Sequence record: OM386662.1
Strand: one strand, 5' to 3'
DNA: 64,000 bases
From: Escherichia phage vB_EcoM_ESCO47
Shown here piece after piece: positions 36,127 to 45,309 of the stretch. Each line of letters starts with the position of its first letter. Position 1 is the first letter of the stretch. Both the position numbers and the translations under genes were made by a program. The notes under the pieces were generated by a model, which ran no database searches, had not been told where the DNA came from, and worked only from the letters and a program-made list of their open reading frames with translations.

Positions 36127-37299
36127 ATGTCTGATTTAAAATCTCGTCTGATTAAAGCTTCTACTTCCAAAATGACCGCTGACTTGACTAAGTCTAAGCT
36201 CTTTAATAATCGTGATGAAGTCCCTACTCGTATTCCTATGTTGAATATTGCATTAGGTGGTGCATTGAATGCTGGTTTGCAGTCTGGTTTGACTATTTTT
36301 GCTGCCCCGTCTAAACACTTTAAAACATTGTTTGGGTTGACAATGGTTGCCGCATATATGAAGAAATACCCAGATGCGATCTGTTTGTTCTATGATTCAG
36401 AATTTGGTGCTTCAGAATCTTATTTCCGTTCAATGGGTGTTGATTTGGACCGCGTAGTTCACACTCCAATCCAATCAGTAGAACAACTTAAAGTTGATAT
36501 GACTAATCAGCTTGATGCAATCGAACGCGGTGAAAAGGTTATCATCTTTATTGACTCAATCGGTAACACAGCGTCTAAGAAAGAAACTGAAGATGCATTG
36601 AACGAAAAAGTTGTTGGTGATATGTCTCGTGCTAAGGCACTTAAATCTCTGTTCCGCATTGTGACCCCGTATCTGACTATTAAAGATATTCCGTGTGTTG
36701 CAATTAACCATACAGCAATGGAAATCGGCGGATTGTATCCTAAAGAGATTATGGGCGGCGGTACAGGTATTCTTTATTCTGCCAACACGGTATTTTTTAT
36801 CTCTAAACGTCAGGTTAAAGAAGGTACAGAATTGGCCGGTTATGACTTCACGTTGAAAGCAGAAAAATCTCGCACAGTTAAAGAGAAATCTACATTCCCG
36901 ATCACTGTTAATTTTGATGGTGGTATCGACCCATTCAGTGGCTTGTTAGAAATGGCAACTGAAATTGGTTTTGTAGTTAAGCCTAAAGCAGGTTGGTATG
37001 CTCGTGAATTCCTTGACGAAGAAACCGGTGAAATGGTTCGTGAAGAAAAATCCTGGCGAGCTAAAGCCACAGATTGCGTAGAATTCTGGGGACCTTTGTT
37101 TAAACACAAACCTTTCCGAGATGCAATTGAAACTAAATATAAACTAGGTGCTATCTCTTCTATTAAAGAAGTTGACGACGCAGTTAACGAATTAATCAAT
37201 GCTAAAACGTCTTCGAAAATTCCGGTAAAAGCTTCTGGTGCTCCATCTGCAGCTGATATCGAAAATGATTTAGACGATATGGAAGATTTTGATGAATAA
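36127..37299 (+). CDS. uvsX: RecA-like recombinase UvsX
   Basis: 390 aa; RecA-fold Walker A region; acidic C-terminus. Confidence 0.9.
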   Translation: MSDLKSRLIKASTSKMTADLTKSKLFNNRDEVPTRIPMLNIALGGALNAGLQSGLTIFAAPSKHFKTLFGLTMVAAYMKKYPDAICLFYDSEFGASESYFRSMGVDLDRVVHTPIQSVEQLKVDMTNQLDAIERGEKVIIFIDSIGNTASKKETEDALNEKVVGDMSRAKALKSLFRIVTPYLTIKDIPCVAINHTAMEIGGLYPKEIMGGGTGILYSANTVFFISKRQVKEGTELAGYDFTLKAEKSRTVKEKSTFPITVNFDGGIDPFSGLLEMATEIGFVVKPKAGWYAREFLDEETGEMVREEKSWRAKATDCVEFWGPLFKHKPFRDAIETKYKLGAISSIKEVDDAVNELINAKTSSKIPVKASGAPSAADIENDLDDMEDFDE

Positions 37300-37633
37300 T
37301 CTTGATGATTTGAATCTAGAAATCGTTGATGAATCCCCTTCTTCGGAAGGGGAGGACATTCGCAAAGAACGTGTGTTTAATGAATCTCTTAAAGTTATCC
37401 AATCGGCAATGGAGAACGTCATTCAAGAGATTCTTATTACACTTGAAGATGGTTCTCATCATATAGTCTATATTACAAAATTAGACTGGGTTGATGGAAA
37501 AATCGTAATGGACTTTGCAGTTCTTGATCAGGACAGAAAAGCAGAACTTGTGCCGCATGTTGAAAAGTGTGTTACAATGCAAGTACAACAAGCTTTTAAT
37601 GAACGAACCAAGAAAAAATTTAAATTCTTTTAA
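37289..37633 (+). CDS. 40: gp40-position protein (head-vertex assembly chaperone in T4)
   Basis: 114 aa between uvsX and 41 as in T4; positional. Confidence 0.5.
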   Translation: MMNNLDDLNLEIVDESPSSEGEDIRKERVFNESLKVIQSAMENVIQEILITLEDGSHHIVYITKLDWVDGKIVMDFAVLDQDRKAELVPHVEKCVTMQVQQAFNERTKKKFKFF

Positions 37634-37642
37634 GGAGTTATC

Positions 37643-39085
37643 GTGGTAGAAATTATTTTGTCTCATCTTGTATATGACCAGACTTATTTTTCTAAAGTCT
37701 GGCCGTATATGGATTCTGAGTATTTTGAGCGTGGACCGGCAAAAAATGTCTTTAAAATTATAAAGAACCACGTTAACGAATACAGTGCTATGCCATCTAT
37801 TAACGCATTAAAGGTGGCTTTAGATAATAGTTCTTTAACCGAAAACGAGTATAAAGGAACTTCCGATTTAATCGATAAATTGGTCGATTCTCCTGAAGAC
37901 CCTGATTGGTTGGTTAAAGAAACCGAGAAATATGTCCAGCAAAAAGCAATGTATAATGCTACGTCTAAAATCATTGAGATTCAGACTAATGCTGAACTTC
38001 CACCTGAACAACGTAATAAGAAAATGCCTGACGTAGGAGCTATTCCAGACATTATGCGTCAAGCACTTTCAATCTCATTTGATAGTTATGTCGGTCATGA
38101 CTGGATGGATGACTATGAAGCTCGTTGGTTATCTTATCAGAATAAAGCACGTAAGGTCCCGTTCAAATTAAACATTTTGAATAAAATCACTAAAGGTGGT
38201 GCTGAAACCGGTACACTGAATGTTTTAATGGCTGGTGTTAACGTCGGTAAATCTTTAGGCCTTTGTTCACTTGCTGCAGATTATCTTCAAACAGGTCATA
38301 ATGTTCTTTATATTTCCATGGAAATGGCTGAAGAAGTTTGTGCTAAGCGTATAGATGCAAACATGCTTGACGTATCACTTGATGATATCGATGATGGTAA
38401 TGTATCTTATGCTGAATATAAAGCCAAGATGGAAAAATGGCGTTCAAAATCCACATTAGGACGTTTAGTAGTTAAACAGTATCCTACCGGCGGAGCTAAT
38501 GCTAATACATTCCGTGCATTACTTAACGAATTAAAACTCAAGAAGAACTTCGTTCCTTCTGTAATCATGATTGACTACTTGGGTATTTGTGGGTCTTGTC
38601 GTATCAGAGTTTACACTGAAAATAGCTACACATTAGTTAAAGCTATCGCAGAAGAACTTCGTGCTTTAGCGGTAGAATCTGAAACTGTTCTATGGACTGC
38701 AGCTCAGGTTGGTCGAGCAGCATGGGACGCTTCTGATATGAACATGAGTGATATCGCAGAATCAGCAGGTTTACCGGCGACAGCAGACTTCATGTTAGCA
38801 GTAATTGAGACCGAAGAACTTGCTCAAGCAGAACAGCAGCTCATTAAACAAATCAAATCACGGTATGGTGATAAGAACAAATGGAATAAATTCCTGATGG
38901 GTGTACGTAAAGGCAATCAGAAGTGGGTTGAAATTGAACAAGAAGGTATGAACACCACAAACACGGTAAATGAAAACGCAGGTGCTCAGATGCGTCACGC
39001 GGAAGCGAATCGTACGGAACGCGTAGGAAAAGCTAAAGCGACTAGAGCAGATTTAGACAATCTAGCCAATGAATTAAAATTTTAA
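37643..39085 (+). CDS. 41: Replicative helicase gp41 (DnaB-like)
   Basis: 480 aa; GTG start after AGGAG; Walker A GVNVGKS. Confidence 0.9.
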   Translation: MVEIILSHLVYDQTYFSKVWPYMDSEYFERGPAKNVFKIIKNHVNEYSAMPSINALKVALDNSSLTENEYKGTSDLIDKLVDSPEDPDWLVKETEKYVQQKAMYNATSKIIEIQTNAELPPEQRNKKMPDVGAIPDIMRQALSISFDSYVGHDWMDDYEARWLSYQNKARKVPFKLNILNKITKGGAETGTLNVLMAGVNVGKSLGLCSLAADYLQTGHNVLYISMEMAEEVCAKRIDANMLDVSLDDIDDGNVSYAEYKAKMEKWRSKSTLGRLVVKQYPTGGANANTFRALLNELKLKKNFVPSVIMIDYLGICGSCRIRVYTENSYTLVKAIAEELRALAVESETVLWTAAQVGRAAWDASDMNMSDIAESAGLPATADFMLAVIETEELAQAEQQLIKQIKSRYGDKNKWNKFLMGVRKGNQKWVEIEQEGMNTTNTVNENAGAQMRHAEANRTERVGKAKATRADLDNLANELKF

Positions 39086-39090
39086 TAAAA

Positions 39091-39108
39091 AGGAGACTTC
39101 GGTCTCCT
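39091..39108 (+). terminator. Putative terminator hairpin with TTCG tetraloop
   Basis: AGGAGAC-TTCG-GTCTCCT then TTTCGGGG (weak T-run). Confidence 0.45.
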
Positions 39109-39114
39109 TTCGGG

Positions 39115-39144
39115 GTTTACACCGCTCTTAAATCATGTTACTAT
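39115..39144 (+). promoter_or_regulatory. T4-type early promoter
   Basis: GTTTAC, 18-nt spacer, TACTAT, AGACCTATCAA box, GGAG RBS. Confidence 0.55.
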
Positions 39145-39170
39145 AGACCTATCAACTACTGGAGAACAAA

Positions 39171-39488
39171 ATGAAAACTATCGATTGCAAAGCAGAGTTT
39201 AAAGTTTTTTACCATGGCTCAAGCAGTGCAGCAAACATCGAAAACATGCTTTGTCCTCCTGAAGAAACAGGTGTACTGTCTGAAACCGGACGTAAGAAAA
39301 ACCTAAATCGAGTATTCTTTACTGAAGACATTGGTTTAGCAAAGATTTATGCAGGACGAGCAGCACGATCCTATGGAGGTGAACCACGTCTTTATCGAGT
39401 AATCACTCCGGTAGACGTAGTTCAAATGAATGATACTAAAGGTGCTACGGTATATCACGCCGAATGGGCCTTCTGTGAGGAAATATGA
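39171..39488 (+). CDS. Hypothetical protein
   Basis: 105-aa ORF. Confidence 0.45.
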   Translation: MKTIDCKAEFKVFYHGSSSAANIENMLCPPEETGVLSETGRKKNLNRVFFTEDIGLAKIYAGRAARSYGGEPRLYRVITPVDVVQMNDTKGATVYHAEWAFCEEI

Positions 39489-39673
39489 GCAAATTAACTA
39501 AAGTTACTTTTATCGGTTGGTTTAAAAGCGGTGAGATGTTCACTAAAGATATCATGTTATCAGGTGATCGCGAAGAAATCGAGTGGGTTACGGTACAACT
39601 TGCTGAAGTGAACAACGCATTAGTTAAAGCATTTGTTAATGACGAGAAAGTTTTCGAAGCAGATTTTCGATAA
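39485..39673 (+). CDS. Hypothetical protein
   Basis: 62-aa ORF, ATGA coupling. Confidence 0.4.
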   Translation: MSKLTKVTFIGWFKSGEMFTKDIMLSGDREEIEWVTVQLAEVNNALVKAFVNDEKVFEADFR

Positions 39674-39686
39674 TTTTAAAATAACT

Positions 39687-39716
39687 GTTTACAGGCCCCA
39701 CATACTGTGTTACTAT
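39687..39716 (+). promoter_or_regulatory. T4-type early promoter
   Basis: GTTTAC, 18-nt spacer, TACTAT, TCTATCAACTACAGAGG box. Confidence 0.5.
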
Positions 39717-39744
39717 CTTTCTATCAACTACAGAGGAAATTGAA

Positions 39745-40113
39745 ATGAAAAAATTAATCGCTTTAGCAATGGTATTTGGATTAACCGGATGTGGTGCCCA
39801 TGGCTTTATCCCTAATAACGTCGGCCAATTGATTTACAATCCGAATGTTAAACAGTATGACCAACCTAAAGTTGAAGTGGAAGACCCAGTTACTGTAGGT
39901 AATCGAATGATTCAAGCTGATGCTCATGCTCAACGTTATCGTGATTCTGATACTGTAGCTGTGTCAAAAGAACAGCGCGTTAAAGAACATTGCTTACAGG
40001 CTACTGAAATCGCATTCATTCGCTATGTTGAAACAACTGGTAAAGAGCCTTCCCAGAAACAAATCGCGAATAACTACGTCCAGTGTATTGAACGTTTAAA
40101 CAAATTTAATTAA
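39745..40113 (+). CDS. Putative lipoprotein
   Basis: MKKLIALAMVFGLTGCG lipobox-like signal. Confidence 0.5.
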   Translation: MKKLIALAMVFGLTGCGAHGFIPNNVGQLIYNPNVKQYDQPKVEVEDPVTVGNRMIQADAHAQRYRDSDTVAVSKEQRVKEHCLQATEIAFIRYVETTGKEPSQKQIANNYVQCIERLNKFN

Positions 40114-40174
40114 TTGGTTTACGCCAAAGTTAAAACAAGATACTATAAACATAACAAATCAAGAGGAAATTAAC

Positions 40175-40423
40175 ATGGAATTATTCGTAGCTAGTTCAGT
40201 AGCAGTTTTAATCGCAGGTATTGGTTCAATCATCATTTACATGTTGCCTTGGGTAATCGCACTTATTCGTGGCACAAAAAGCACAACAGCAATCTTCTTT
40301 GTATCTTTACTCTTTAACTGGACGATGGTTGGTTGGATTGGAACTTTAATTTGGTCTATCGTTGCCAAAAAGAAATCGGCTCAGCAGCCTCAACAAGTAA
40401 TTATTATTCGAGAAAAAGAATAA
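40175..40423 (+). CDS. Small membrane protein
   Basis: Two hydrophobic helices. Confidence 0.45.
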   Translation: MELFVASSVAVLIAGIGSIIIYMLPWVIALIRGTKSTTAIFFVSLLFNWTMVGWIGTLIWSIVAKKKSAQQPQQVIIIREKE

Positions 40424-40427
40424 ACTT

Positions 40428-40458
40428 GTTTACATTATAGATGGACTATAGTATAGTA
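40428..40458 (+). promoter_or_regulatory. T4-type early promoter
   Basis: GTTTAC ... TATAGTAGTCCTATCAA box. Confidence 0.5.
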
Positions 40459-40486
40459 GTCCTATCAAATCAACTAAGGAGATAAA

Positions 40487-40780
40487 ATGAAAAAGTTATC
40501 ATTGGCAGCAATCTTACTTGCAGTATCATGCGCACCGGCTCCAGTTACGGCAGGTTATGATAAAGACCTCTGTGAGTGGTCAATGACTGCAAATCAAGAA
40601 GATGTTGAACAACAAATCTTCTCTGATATCATGAACATCACTAAACGAGACCGTCCTAATATGGTTAATAAAGTTGTTGAACAACTTAAGTCTGGCGGTA
40701 TCATGCAGTACAATTATGTTTTGTATTGTGACCCTAATTTTGATAACAAAGATATCGTAACCGAAATCACAGGTGAATAA
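40487..40780 (+). CDS. sp: Spackle-like periplasmic protein
   Basis: 97 aa with signal peptide; GYDKDLCEWSM segment matches my recollection of T4 Sp; 61.x position. Confidence 0.55.
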   Translation: MKKLSLAAILLAVSCAPAPVTAGYDKDLCEWSMTANQEDVEQQIFSDIMNITKRDRPNMVNKVVEQLKSGGIMQYNYVLYCDPNFDNKDIVTEITGE

Positions 40781-40781
40781 T

Positions 40782-41432
40782 ATGATTTATTATATGCACA
40801 AAAATGCGCCATTTAAATATGGTAAATTTCCTAATGCACAATGTTATAATATAACGCCGAATGAAAATAATAACGGATATCATCTCGGTGTAATTTTTGT
40901 AATTGTTAAAGATAACGAAATCGTCGCCTGGGCGGATTTTAAAGGTACAACATATGATGTTAATCCTGTGCCTTTCACATATTACAATATAACGGATTTG
41001 GCATATGATTATAATTGGTTTAATCATGACACGTTGGCTCATATTGAAGGTGTAGGATTTGACATCTCTTATTCTAGCTATTCATTATGTCCTATGAGCC
41101 GAGCTCACGGTAAAGATGCATCATATCTTTCAATTCGTAAACGTGTAAACTTCAAACGTAGTACAGATTATGTTGGTGGTCTCTTTGTTAAAGATAATAA
41201 AATAACCCGTATTAGTTATCCTTTAAGTGTAGGTCAAAAAGATGTTGATGTTGATTTAGACTTAACTGAAAATAACATTAATCGTATTGCTTCTGTATAT
41301 TTTGATATCGATGAAAAAATTGTAGTGTGTGGATACGAATTACCACCTGAAGAAAAGGCTGAAGCAATTGAAGTCGAATTAGAAATTTCTGTTGATGACC
41401 AAATATTTAATGCATTTATGAATCGAGGTTAA
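40782..41432 (+). CDS. Hypothetical protein
   Basis: ORF-track start 40773 is GTG; ATG 40782 follows upstream stop. Confidence 0.45.
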   Translation: MIYYMHKNAPFKYGKFPNAQCYNITPNENNNGYHLGVIFVIVKDNEIVAWADFKGTTYDVNPVPFTYYNITDLAYDYNWFNHDTLAHIEGVGFDISYSSYSLCPMSRAHGKDASYLSIRKRVNFKRSTDYVGGLFVKDNKITRISYPLSVGQKDVDVDLDLTENNINRIASVYFDIDEKIVVCGYELPPEEKAEAIEVELEISVDDQIFNAFMNRG

Positions 41433-41433
41433 A

Positions 41434-41631
41434 ATGGCTACTGCAATTTGCACTGGTTCTAAAATTAGTGTTTTTACAAGTTTTGAAGATTATGAAGTTG
41501 TTTCAAAACACCAATGCCATATTAGCGTAAAAGCTAATGACGGTGTAATTTGGAATATTCCACAGTATGAAGGCACTACATATGAAGTCACAGATATAAA
41601 TGGTGACAAAGCAATCTTTGTAATTGATTAA
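41434..41631 (+). CDS. Hypothetical small protein
   Basis: 65-aa ORF. Confidence 0.4.
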   Translation: MATAICTGSKISVFTSFEDYEVVSKHQCHISVKANDGVIWNIPQYEGTTYEVTDINGDKAIFVID

Positions 41632-41650
41632 ATATACTCAGGAGGTACCT

Positions 41651-42118
41651 ATGGGTATTATTAACACCGCAATAGATTCTGTTTACGCATATAAGTTTAT
41701 TCGACTAATGCAAAAACCTTTTACCGAATGGAAAGCATACGAAGCCAAAATTATCGATGAACGTGGAAGTGTTCTTAAACGTCCTTCTACTCCCGAAGAA
41801 AAAGCGGCGTATACACCTTTTCATGCTTCAGTTCGTTCAATGAAGCGAATGATGAGCACTGTTCCGGGTCTTAATGGAATGGCCTCAATGATGTCTGCCT
41901 GGAGTGCTGTAGCTTCACGCTATAACATTACGGAAGAACAACAGAAAGAAATATTTAAAGAACTCCCTTTATTTGAGGATATGGTTGCTGGTGATTCAGG
42001 CGGCAGTCCTCAAGCTATTGCATCAGGAACAACTACAGGTGCAGTCGTAAATAAAGGTCCAGACCAAATTCCTTCCAAGAAAAGAAAGCGAATTAAAGTA
42101 AATATTAATAAGTTGTGA
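41651..42118 (+). CDS. Hypothetical protein
   Basis: ATG after AGGAGGT. Confidence 0.45.
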   Translation: MGIINTAIDSVYAYKFIRLMQKPFTEWKAYEAKIIDERGSVLKRPSTPEEKAAYTPFHASVRSMKRMMSTVPGLNGMASMMSAWSAVASRYNITEEQQKEIFKELPLFEDMVAGDSGGSPQAIASGTTTGAVVNKGPDQIPSKKRKRIKVNINKL

Positions 42119-42157
42119 TAAGATGGCCTTATTAATTTAAGGCCTCTGGAGAATACT

Positions 42158-43180
42158 ATGGCTGAATGGATAGATAATGAATTTGCTTATCGTGCGTTTT
42201 CTCACCTACCTCGTTTTAGACAAATCAATAATTCAAGCACATTTAAATTAACATTTCGTTGTCCAGTTTGTGGCGACTCCCAGACAGATGCAATGAAAGC
42301 CCGCGGTTGGTATTATGGCGGTACTCCTGGCAATGTACATTGTTATAACTGTCAATATCATAATACAATTTCTGGATACTTAAAAGAGTATGATGAAGAG
42401 CTTTATCGCGAATATCTAATGGAAGTTCGTAAAGAAAAAGCTAGAATGGAACCAAAGATTGAAAAGTTTCCTGAAGCTAAGCCGGAACCAGAGAAAAAGA
42501 CTATAAATTCTTTGCCGTCTTGTTCTCGTCTGGACAAGTTGCCTGAAGAGCATCCTATTGTGAAATATGTTAAGTCTCGATGCATTCCTAAAGAATCATG
42601 GAATAGACTATGGTTCACATTAGAATGGCCTAAATTGGTCAACAAGATTCAACCAGGGACATACAAGAAAGAGATTCCTGAACCACGTTTAGTGATTCCT
42701 ATTTTTAATAAAGATGGGAAGGCCGAGTCATTCCAAGGACGTGCACTTCGTAAAGATGCTCCTCAGAAATATATCACTATTAAAGCGTTTGAGACGGCAA
42801 CGAAAATATACGGTGTTGAACGTGTTAAGGAAGGAGATGTCTGGGTAATGGAAGGTCCTATTGATAGTTTATTCATACCCAATTCAATAGCTATTACAGG
42901 CGGCTCGATAGATTTAGATATGGTACCATTTAAAGAACGTCGGGTATGGGTAATGGATAATGAACCTAGGCATCCGGATACTATAGCTCGTATGAAACGT
43001 TTGGTAGATGCAGGCGAACGTGTCATGTTCTGGGATAAAGCTCCATGGAGATCAAAGGATGTGAATGATATGGTAATGAAAGAAAATGCAACACCAAATG
43101 AAATCCTTGAATATATGAAACAGAATATTTCAAGTGGGTTGCATGCTAAAATGAGATTATCTAAATATTCTAAAATTTAG
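42158..43180 (+). CDS. 61: DNA primase gp61
   Basis: 340 aa; N-terminal zinc ribbon CPVCGDS...CYNC; TOPRIM-like core. Confidence 0.85.
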   Translation: MAEWIDNEFAYRAFSHLPRFRQINNSSTFKLTFRCPVCGDSQTDAMKARGWYYGGTPGNVHCYNCQYHNTISGYLKEYDEELYREYLMEVRKEKARMEPKIEKFPEAKPEPEKKTINSLPSCSRLDKLPEEHPIVKYVKSRCIPKESWNRLWFTLEWPKLVNKIQPGTYKKEIPEPRLVIPIFNKDGKAESFQGRALRKDAPQKYITIKAFETATKIYGVERVKEGDVWVMEGPIDSLFIPNSIAITGGSIDLDMVPFKERRVWVMDNEPRHPDTIARMKRLVDAGERVMFWDKAPWRSKDVNDMVMKENATPNEILEYMKQNISSGLHAKMRLSKYSKI

Positions 43181-43374
43181 ACCAATCCTACTAGTGCAAA
43201 AGCAATATCAACTACTGTGTCAAGAGGCACAGAAGGAACGATAATACCGTTAGCAACTAGCAATGGAGCAATACCGAAATTCCAAGAAATGATTCCACCA
43301 ATAACAACAGCGGCTAAAATCGTTTTCTTTTTATGTCCTTTGATAGCGGCGATTAACAACGGTAACTTAAGCAT
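43177..43374 (-). CDS. Small hydrophobic membrane protein (paralog of 43367..43570)
   Basis: Minus-strand ORF with GGAG upstream; sits between 61 and 56 where T4 has dam. Confidence 0.4.
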   Translation of the reverse strand: MLKLPLLIAAIKGHKKKTILAAVVIGGIISWNFGIAPLLVANGIIVPSVPLDTVVDIAFALVGLV

Positions 43375-43570
43375 GCAAATTAACTCCGATTGCTTTGATT
43401 ATTGAAAGTATATGCTGTAACTCCACTTGTGGTAATATAATAGCTTGAGTTGCGGCCAATGGAACTATTACTAGATTCCATACTAAAACGTCCACAGCAA
43501 GAAAAAAGAATATCAACTTACGTGATTCTTTATTTGTTAACTTCCAGATTTGATAGAACACAGTTCCCAT
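43367..43570 (-). CDS. Small hydrophobic membrane protein (paralog of 43177..43374)
   Basis: Strong AGGAGG 5 nt upstream of ATG on minus strand; shares W-N-x-x-I-x-P-L...I-I-x-P-x-V pattern with its neighbour. Confidence 0.45.
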   Translation of the reverse strand: MGTVFYQIWKLTNKESRKLIFFFLAVDVLVWNLVIVPLAATQAIILPQVELQHILSIIKAIGVNLHA

Positions 43571-43658
43571 AAATCCTCCTACGTTATAGGTTTATTTATG
43601 CTTTTTATCAGGTTTGGTATAATTAACATCTCTTAAACATGAATTGAAAGGAAATAAA

Positions 43659-44180
43659 ATGGCGCACTTTAACGAATGTTCACAACTGATTGCTGGTGTT
43701 GATAAAGCTGAAGAAGCTTATTTTAATGCTCTTATTCACGAAGATAAAGACCCGTTGCAGGTAATGCTTGATATGCAGAAATCTTTACAGGTTCGTCTGG
43801 CAAATGACAAGCCTGAACATAACAAACATCCTGATGAATTGGCCACTGCTGGTGAAGTCGTTGATTGGCTACGCAATCAGAAAGATTATATTGACGATGA
43901 ATTCCGTGAACTTCTGACTTCTCTTGGTGGTATGAGCAATGGTGAAAAAGCCGCCAGCAGTGTATGGAAGCCGTGGAAGGCGCAACATGCTGAATATCGA
44001 AATCGTCGTATCGATGAACTGTCTCCTGAAGACCAGCTTGAAATCAAATTTGAAATGATTGATATTCTCCATTTCGTTCTGAATATGTTCCAAGGTCTTG
44101 GTCTTACTGCTGAAGAAATCTTTAAATTGTACTACCTGAAGAACAAACATAATTTTGAACGCCAGGATAATGGATATTAA
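43659..44180 (+). CDS. 56: dCTPase/dUTPase gp56 (MazG-like)
   Basis: 173 aa from MAHFNEC; position between 61 and soc as in T4. Confidence 0.75.
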   Translation: MAHFNECSQLIAGVDKAEEAYFNALIHEDKDPLQVMLDMQKSLQVRLANDKPEHNKHPDELATAGEVVDWLRNQKDYIDDEFRELLTSLGGMSNGEKAASSVWKPWKAQHAEYRNRRIDELSPEDQLEIKFEMIDILHFVLNMFQGLGLTAEEIFKLYYLKNKHNFERQDNGY

Positions 44181-44182
44181 GA

Positions 44183-44190
44183 TATAAATA
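44183..44190 (+). promoter_or_regulatory. Late-promoter TATAAATA box upstream of soc
   Basis: Exact TATAAATA about 29 nt upstream of soc ATG. Confidence 0.4.
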
Positions 44191-44218
44191 CACCTGTAAT
44201 TAACTAAAGGAGTAAATT

Positions 44219-44470
44219 ATGGGTGGATATGTAAATATCAAAACGTTCGACCATGAAGTAGCAGGTGGTACAGTAGAAGGTACCGAGGTTTCTGTTGCAT
44301 TTGAAGTTTATTCTAATGCTCATCGAATCTCAGGTGCGCACTATCAGACTTTCCCGTCTGAAGAACCAGCCTATGATACTGTGGTTGACACCGCAGATGA
44401 TTGGGCAACAGCAAATGAAGCTATGTTTACCCCAGAACCTGCACCGGTTCCTCCAGGACCCGGTGCATAA
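44219..44470 (+). CDS. soc: Small outer capsid protein Soc
   Basis: 83 aa; GYVNIKTF...ISGAHYQTFPSE matches my recollection of T4 Soc. Confidence 0.8.
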   Translation: MGGYVNIKTFDHEVAGGTVEGTEVSVAFEVYSNAHRISGAHYQTFPSEEPAYDTVVDTADDWATANEAMFTPEPAPVPPGPGA

Positions 44471-44480
44471 GTTAATTATA

Positions 44481-44505
44481 AGGAATCCTTCGGGATTCCT
44501 TTTTT
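44481..44505 (+). terminator. Rho-independent terminator with TTCG tetraloop
   Basis: AGGAATCC-TTCG-GGATTCCT then TTTTT. Confidence 0.6.
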
Positions 44506-44515
44506 CGTTTCTACA

Positions 44516-44545
44516 GTTTACATCCTTGTAAAACAGTGTTATAGT
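44516..44545 (+). promoter_or_regulatory. T4-type early promoter
   Basis: GTTTAC, 18-nt spacer, TATAGT, AGTCCTATCAA box, GAGGAG RBS. Confidence 0.55.
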
Positions 44546-44573
44546 AGTCCTATCAAAACAAGAGGAGAACACT

Positions 44574-44789
44574 ATGTTAAATCGTTGGATTAAACCTAAT
44601 CAAACCTTAGATGAAGTTATTGCTCGTCAGGTTATACAGAAATATGATCTTCAACTATGGTATGCTGAAGTTGTTGTGCATTCATTCATGATGCATGCTG
44701 ATGGCTCAGTCGAATTTAATGCAGAAATCCGTAATGATTTTGAAGATGAAGGCCTGCCTAAAGTTGCATTTGTAAGAGGGTTCTTATAA
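44574..44789 (+). CDS. Hypothetical protein
   Basis: 71-aa ORF. Confidence 0.4.
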   Translation: MLNRWIKPNQTLDEVIARQVIQKYDLQLWYAEVVVHSFMMHADGSVEFNAEIRNDFEDEGLPKVAFVRGFL

Positions 44790-45130
44790 TGTTTAAGTGG
44801 TTTAAAGAATTGTTTGCTTCCACCCCAGGACAAGGAATGGTTCCTATTGATACCCATGCACCTAAAAAAGAGTATATCTACGCGGGTGATGGTATGATGG
44901 AAGAAGTGGTTTGTCCGGCTGAAAAAGCAGATAATGTTGGACAGGTGGCATCTAGTTTAAACGCGTCAGAGTTAAAGTCTCAATTAGAAAAATTAAAAGA
45001 AGAACGTTCTCAAAGGCAAACATACATAGACGCTGCGGCAATAACGACAGTAGCTTCTGTAAGCTCATGGTCTGGGGATTCCTGTTCAAGTTCTTCTGAT
45101 TGTAGTTCAAGCTCTGGGAGCTGCGACTAA
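44789..45130 (+). CDS. Hypothetical protein with Ser/Cys-rich low-complexity C-terminus
   Basis: C-terminal SVSSWSGDSCSSSSDCSSSSGSCD. Confidence 0.4.
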   Translation: MFKWFKELFASTPGQGMVPIDTHAPKKEYIYAGDGMMEEVVCPAEKADNVGQVASSLNASELKSQLEKLKEERSQRQTYIDAAAITTVASVSSWSGDSCSSSSDCSSSSGSCD

Positions 45131-45309
45131 TGAATAAAATTGTCAAGTGGTTTAAAAGTTGGAACGATGGTATTGAGCATAAAGACTGGCTTGATGTTCT
45201 TGATGAGAATTTATCTAAAGAGATTCAAGAACACGAAAAGAAGCAAGTTGAAGCCGAAGGTATCCGTCTTGTGAAACTTTATATGGGCGAACCTAGGAGA
45301 ACATTATGA
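45130..45309 (+). CDS. Small ORF (59 aa)
   Basis: TAATG coupling; N-terminus [11 protein letters not shown] resembles MFKWFKELF of upstream ORF. Confidence 0.3.
   Translation: MNKIVKWFKSWNDGIEHKDWLDVLDENLSKEIQEHEKKQVEAEGIRLVKLYMGEPRRTL

Noticed and set aside
43217-43405. Plus-strand 62-aa ORF between genes 61 and 56
   Set aside because: No ribosome-binding site and entirely antisense to the two minus-strand membrane ORFs, which do have strong Shine-Dalgarno sequences
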